Positions 60,301-64,000 of a DNA stretch of 64,000 nucleotides are shown here, in pieces. The DNA is from a virus (Duplodnaviria > Caudoviricetes): positions 32,001-96,000 of the IMG/VR virus record IMGVR_UViG_3300028914_000003. One strand, written 5' to 3'. Both the position numbers and the translations under genes were made by a program. Below the pieces are notes generated by a model. The model had not been told where the DNA came from, did not search any database, and saw only the letters and a program-made list of their open reading frames with translations. Every line of letters starts with the position of its first letter. The stretch's first letter is position 1.

Positions 60301-63300
60301 TCAAAGAGATTGTAAATGGTAGGGACGGAGGCCTGTTTAATCCTGGCGGAGCAGTCGATTTCAATGCAGAGAAACTCTCCATCAAAGTCGACAAGGAGGC
60401 TTTCGATACACGTATCCAGTTGGTACAAGCACTTACTAAAGTTACAAACGCCGCAGCAGAAGCAGAGGCAAAGGTCGTCGAGGCAACAAAGAAGGATACA
60501 GAAGCCACCAAGGAAGCCACCAAGGCTACAGAAGGAGAGACTGACGCCATTGCAGAACAGATACAGGAATTGAATCGTCGTAAGTCGGCTTACGATAAGG
60601 CCAACGACGACTACGAAGCAGCGAAGGCAGAGCTCACAAAAAAGAGATCAAGACTCAGCAGACTGCCAAAAACCGGTGCAGACGCTCTTCTTCAAAGAGA
60701 TCAGCTTCAGGGTGAGATAGACGAATACAATGATACTACAGTTAAGCCTTTAAGAAAAGAGGCCGGTCGATTAAAGAAACTATGGGAACAGTATAAAGAA
60801 TCGGCAAGTGCAGAGGGAGAAGCAACCGAGAAAACCAAGAAGCGCACCCGTGCCACCGAGGAACAGACCAAGGCCACCGAGGAAGCCGTCAAGGCGGAGA
60901 TGACCATGGAGGAGATGCTGGCGAAGAGGGCAGAGATTGAGTCCCAACTGGAAGCCAAGAAGAAGAAACTGGGTGAAGCCCAGACGACACTCAACGAGCT
61001 TCAGCAGCAGAGCATCGCCGGCGACAAGGCCGAGGCAAACTCCACCGCAGAGCTTCTGAAAAAGAAGGAAGAAGAATACAACCAGGCGACGGCTGACCTG
61101 GCCGGCATGAAGGAGGGTAAGGCCAAGGCCAAGAGAACCATCAGAAGTGCCGACCGCACCATCGCCAGTGCCGACGAGACCATCAGTACCACAAAGAACG
61201 AGGCTTTGCCGCAGCGCATGAGCGAGGCCGAGGTGGGCAAAATGAAGAAGCGCGTGGCAGAGCTTGACGAGGAAATCAAGAAGGACACGCAGGACTTCGA
61301 CGAACTGGCGCAGAAGATTGCCGCCGTCAACAAGCGCGAGACCGACGCGGCCATCGAGATGGCACAGTCGGAGAATGTCAGCATGGAGAAGGTAAAACAG
61401 GCCATCGACCTGCTGAAGGAGAAGATACGCACCGAGGCCACCGACGAGCAGACCATGCAGGCACGCGGCGAGGCCATCAACCGGCTGACCGAGCGCTACA
61501 CGCAGATGAACGCCGAGGTGGTGAAACTCTCCAAGCCTATCGCAGACCGCCTTTCTGCCGAGGACTTCGGCAAGATGAGCGAGACAGAAATCCGTCAGGG
61601 CATTGATGCAGCCAACCAGCTTATCAAGACCTACGAGAGCGGCAGCGACGAGGCGAAGCGGCTGGCCGAGAACATTGTCCGTGCCGAGAAGCACATCAGG
61701 GAGAACGGCGTGGAAGCCGCCCGTCAGGCACAGCAGCAGAAGGATGCCATCGAACTGATGCAGAACCAACTGTCGAAAGGCAGCGCATTGACCGAGAGCG
61801 CATTGAAGACTCAGGTGAAATACTGGCAGCAGCTGGCCGACGACCCGAAGACGGCGGCAGAGAGCGTCAAGGTTTACACCGACAACCTGAAGGAGGCGCA
61901 GGAATTGCTGAAACAGAAGAGCGAGGCCGACATCCGCGATAAGGCAGGGCGACTGCAGAACATGGATAACTACAGCGTGTCGGAGTTGAAGGAGGGCATC
62001 GAGGCCGCCAAGGTGATGCAGCAGACGTTCCGCCTATCCGATGACGAGGTAAAGAAGTTGTCTGAGGACATCGTGGCCGCCGAGACCCGCATCAACAAGG
62101 TCAGCGTCGAGACGGAGCGCGCAGCACAGAAGCAGCGCGAGAGCATTGAATTGATGCAGAACCAACTGAACAGCGGGGCGGAATTGACCGAGAGCGCATT
62201 GAAGGCTCAGGTGAAATACTGGCAGCAGCTGGCCGACGACCCGAAGACGGCGGCAGAGAGCGTCAAGGTTTACACCGACAACCTGAAGGAGGCGCAGGAA
62301 TTGCTGAAACAGAAGAACGAGGCCGACATCCGCGACAAGGCAGGGCGACTGCAGAACATGGATGTCTACAGCGTGTCGGAGTTGAAGGAGGGCATCGAGG
62401 CTGCCAAGCAGATGCAGCAGACGTTCCACCTGACCGATGACGAGGTAAAGAAGTTGTCTGAGGACATTGTGAAAGCCGAGGTGCGCATCAGCAAGGTCAG
62501 CGTCGAGACGGAGCGGGCGGCACAAAGAGAGCGCGAGGCCATACAGCAGATGGAGAAGCAATTGGCAGGGCTGACAACCAAGATGTCGCAGCATGAGGAT
62601 GTATCTCTCGATGTTCTGAAAGCACAGCACAACTACTGGCAAAAACTTATCAACGACCCAAAGAACGCAGGACAGAGCCTGCAAAAGTATGAAGCCAATC
62701 TGGCCGAGGTGGAGCGTCTGCAACGCCGCATGGTAGGCAAGATGGGACAGGAAGCCTTTGAGTGGTTTGAGAGAGGCGACGATGCCAATGCCAGTGCCAA
62801 TGATATAAAGGAGCGAACCGACGCCATGAAGGCATGGCGCGACACGCTGCCAAAACAGGACAAGGCCGAAGTCATTGCCAAGATAGACGAGTATCTCCAG
62901 AAGACAGGCCGGTCGGCCAAGAAAGCTGCCGAGGACATGATGTCGCTCGACGAGGCGCTGGAACTGGCCAAGAAAGCCGGAGAGAACTACTATCTCTCTG
63001 GCGGTAAGGAAGGCTTCGTTGCATCGCCCCAGCAGATTCAGGCAGCAACGAAAGCCATTGAGCAGGAACGTGACGCTCTCATCAAGACCATACAGTCCAA
63101 GAAGGCCAACGGCGACGCTACCAAGGAGGAAGAGAAGAAACTCGCCAACCTGACGAAGAAGCTGAAGGACCTGAAGTTTGAGCAGGACAACCTGAACATG
63201 AGTCAGGAGAAGATGCAGATGCTGATGAAGCAGCCCACGCAGGCGGTGAACCTGGACGAGCTGCGCAGCGCCATCAAGCGTGCCGACGGCGAACTGAAGC

Positions 63301-64000
63301 GCATGGAAGGCTCGATGGGCAAGAACTCGAAGCAGTATAAGGAGTTCGCCGCAGAGGTGAAGAATGCCAAGAACGTGCTGAAGGAGATGGAGGGCCAGGC
63401 CAAGGCCACCTCGTCGGCATGGGACAAGGCGTGGTCGCGACTGAAGACCTACGTCGGTATGTACATGGGCTTCAATGCTCTGTGGAACAAGATAACCGGG
63501 ACGTTCAGCGACATTCACGAACTGAGTGACCGCATGGGTGAAGTCAGGAAGACGACTGGATTCACAGCTGATGAAGTTGGGCGATTGAGTGACAAGTTGG
63601 CCGAACTTGACACCAGAACAGGACTTACTAACCTGATGTCGATTTCTGCTAAAGCGGGTCAGCTGGGTTTGAAGAACATGGAGGATGTGATTGGATTCAC
63701 CGAGGCTGCTAACAAACTGATGGTTGCCCTGCCTGAAATGGGAGAGGAAGCCGCCACGCAGATGATGAAGGTAGCCATCGCTACTGGCGAGGTGAACAAG
63801 ATACAGAAGGAGATGGACGAGGGAGTGACCGAGGGATCATCGGCTACGGCTGTGGCTCTGGAGCGTATCGGTTCTACCATCGACCAGTTGCGTGCCAACA
63901 GTGCCGCTGCCGCACCGCAGATCACGGACTTCGTGAAGCGTGTAGGTGCCGTGGGTGCTCAGAGCAATATCAGCATTGACCAAGTTGCAGCGCTGGGTTC
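57393..64000 (+). CDS. tail tape measure protein (partial, over 2200 aa)
   Basis: ATG at 57393; no closed + ORF in the track, consistent with an open frame to the window end. Coiled-coil rich; TP901-type core SDRMGEVRKTTGFTADEVGRLSDKLAELDTRT...AGQLG near 63525. Confidence 0.85.
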   Translation, partial: MATRHELIHIDFVANAGKANPVLQSLKDSCEEARIAKEKLDNELTSAKAANAPKDVIEKINKDLIEQTKIYQALQKGVREYAKGIDTLSKGIKEYNEGTLDQMSPKFNKALANSAKLAQSNFKSNTKEWSDLQTVIEAAQRNVTRAREDIDGLMQSMKTGASVSANQLTTARDVLKDLADLAVVGSEDWRGLQKQMNEVAQAAVTVAETERRLKGEIVDEQDAIRLSNTLTKEAIAQRHAMGEAFVQAAQKERSGIEESMKGVSQKMVLERQEREELKDTIELQENYDKLIEKRDKKIADAEGRKQEAEKRKAEAQATINAYDEQEKKIQKLKAEKKDLEEQQKKETQAAEKAAKSTKDQGDVTEGLTKKVSTLKGEIGGLDTELKELDAQIENLNKTQGLRNENPIIEGVKEGAKDAQQEILKLAQLQEELKQATAGYKRDASQLDLMEILNRSAQTRFGKEQGTSTTWHGRFENDASLKDTVNGLAKTMSKDNAYWISTAKEQIKNRVGSFLNEDKSLADLKAFREEWSKVVQSLYDEGKGSGNHMEAIRYIDNLIEKTEQLKNIQEKRAAVQKQQAVVDGLKKESAAIEETTAAKKEEVKTEGAVIKTTETETVTVESLMKANDKLKERLAVLYEEERKLSEAKEHGTEAVKEETNAIKEEANAFKELSKEQAQAMLDAKQKLATFSTANGKTTTTNLEEAQSFIFEAAKKISPSGTKGGNVTLEGEKQIVDLVSQFQSHYGLQSADEAQGIIKSVLGDGGLIKKGFMNKFILNIEQDTPKVAAYNKEIKDLTTVISGEVETIKEESRAVEENAEKKRTLEQVQAEIKQIEDESRAISKQTYILQGQAREATEADTQSLEENTEAKRKNIEVTKAAILAAKDMTAEEAKLVKDDLTAISTVGWKAGKVDMSNPDEVQNFLIAAMGGKKLIGEDGTLSVKGSKVESILGEFQKRYGFEGDRQTAKEILKEIVNGRDGGLFNPGGAVDFNAEKLSIKVDKEAFDTRIQLVQALTKVTNAAAEAEAKVVEATKKDTEATKEATKATEGETDAIAEQIQELNRRKSAYDKANDDYEAAKAELTKKRSRLSRLPKTGADALLQRDQLQGEIDEYNDTTVKPLRKEAGRLKKLWEQYKESASAEGEATEKTKKRTRATEEQTKATEEAVKAEMTMEEMLAKRAEIESQLEAKKKKLGEAQTTLNELQQQSIAGDKAEANSTAELLKKKEEEYNQATADLAGMKEGKAKAKRTIRSADRTIASADETISTTKNEALPQRMSEAEVGKMKKRVAELDEEIKKDTQDFDELAQKIAAVNKRETDAAIEMAQSENVSMEKVKQAIDLLKEKIRTEATDEQTMQARGEAINRLTERYTQMNAEVVKLSKPIADRLSAEDFGKMSETEIRQGIDAANQLIKTYESGSDEAKRLAENIVRAEKHIRENGVEAARQAQQQKDAIELMQNQLSKGSALTESALKTQVKYWQQLADDPKTAAESVKVYTDNLKEAQELLKQKSEADIRDKAGRLQNMDNYSVSELKEGIEAAKVMQQTFRLSDDEVKKLSEDIVAAETRINKVSVETERAAQKQRESIELMQNQLNSGAELTESALKAQVKYWQQLADDPKTAAESVKVYTDNLKEAQELLKQKNEADIRDKAGRLQNMDVYSVSELKEGIEAAKQMQQTFHLTDDEVKKLSEDIVKAEVRISKVSVETERAAQREREAIQQMEKQLAGLTTKMSQHEDVSLDVLKAQHNYWQKLINDPKNAGQSLQKYEANLAEVERLQRRMVGKMGQEAFEWFERGDDANASANDIKERTDAMKAWRDTLPKQDKAEVIAKIDEYLQKTGRSAKKAAEDMMSLDEALELAKKAGENYYLSGGKEGFVASPQQIQAATKAIEQERDALIKTIQSKKANGDATKEEEKKLANLTKKLKDLKFEQDNLNMSQEKMQMLMKQPTQAVNLDELRSAIKRADGELKRMEGSMGKNSKQYKEFAAEVKNAKNVLKEMEGQAKATSSAWDKAWSRLKTYVGMYMGFNALWNKITGTFSDIHELSDRMGEVRKTTGFTADEVGRLSDKLAELDTRTGLTNLMSISAKAGQLGLKNMEDVIGFTEAANKLMVALPEMGEEAATQMMKVAIATGEVNKIQKEMDEGVTEGSSATAVALERIGSTIDQLRANSAAAAPQITDFVKRVGAVGAQSNISIDQVAALG
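61757..62525 (+). repeat. 396-bp (132-aa) near-identical tandem duplication in the tape measure gene
   Basis: GATGCAGAACCAACTG at 61757 and 62153, followed by long near-identical blocks. Confidence 0.85.

Noticed and set aside
57228-63925. Multiple minus-strand ORFs up to 494 aa
   Set aside because: Antisense shadows of the tape measure gene.

Overview
This window looks like part of a large temperate Bacteroidales (Prevotella-like) phage, probably a phage-plasmid. The host is inferred from TAnnTTTG promoter boxes and gene types. Left to right it holds: (i) a partial CHC2 primase and a divergent XRE-type repressor; (ii) a ~33 kb leftward early/accessory region (2.5-35.1 kb) with HicAB, a DarB-like methylase-helicase, a J-domain/LPD29 protein, a two-domain beta-clamp homologue, an ArdC-like protein, a MutS-I-domain protein and many small ORFs; (iii) a plasmid-type maintenance module (Rep_3 initiator, 22-bp-period iterons, DnaA_N-AAA loader, ParA plus partner and centromere-like repeats, DEDDh-BRCT exonuclease); (iv) rightward late genes (endolysin, holin, methylase, Tad2-like, terminase, portal, ACP-like, very long tape measure). 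The main finding is a reverse transcriptase (22325-23992, YCDD) followed on the same strand by eight ~160-180 nt structured non-coding units and one 385-aa partner gene. The units share one fold, visible by covariation: 5' hexaloop hairpin, closing stem with purine internal loop, and a loop-to-3'-strand pseudoknot. Seven of the eight carry a long hairpin, each with a different sequence. This resembles a multiplexed retron-like cDNA-hairpin array and does not fit a DGR, group II intron or CRISPR. Other signals are strand-biased GATAG enrichment at 28.6-35.3 kb, C-terminal -AA ends on ten early proteins, two related tRNA-like RNAs, and a 39-bp patch copied from one gene into another. All analysis was by eye; no database searches were run.
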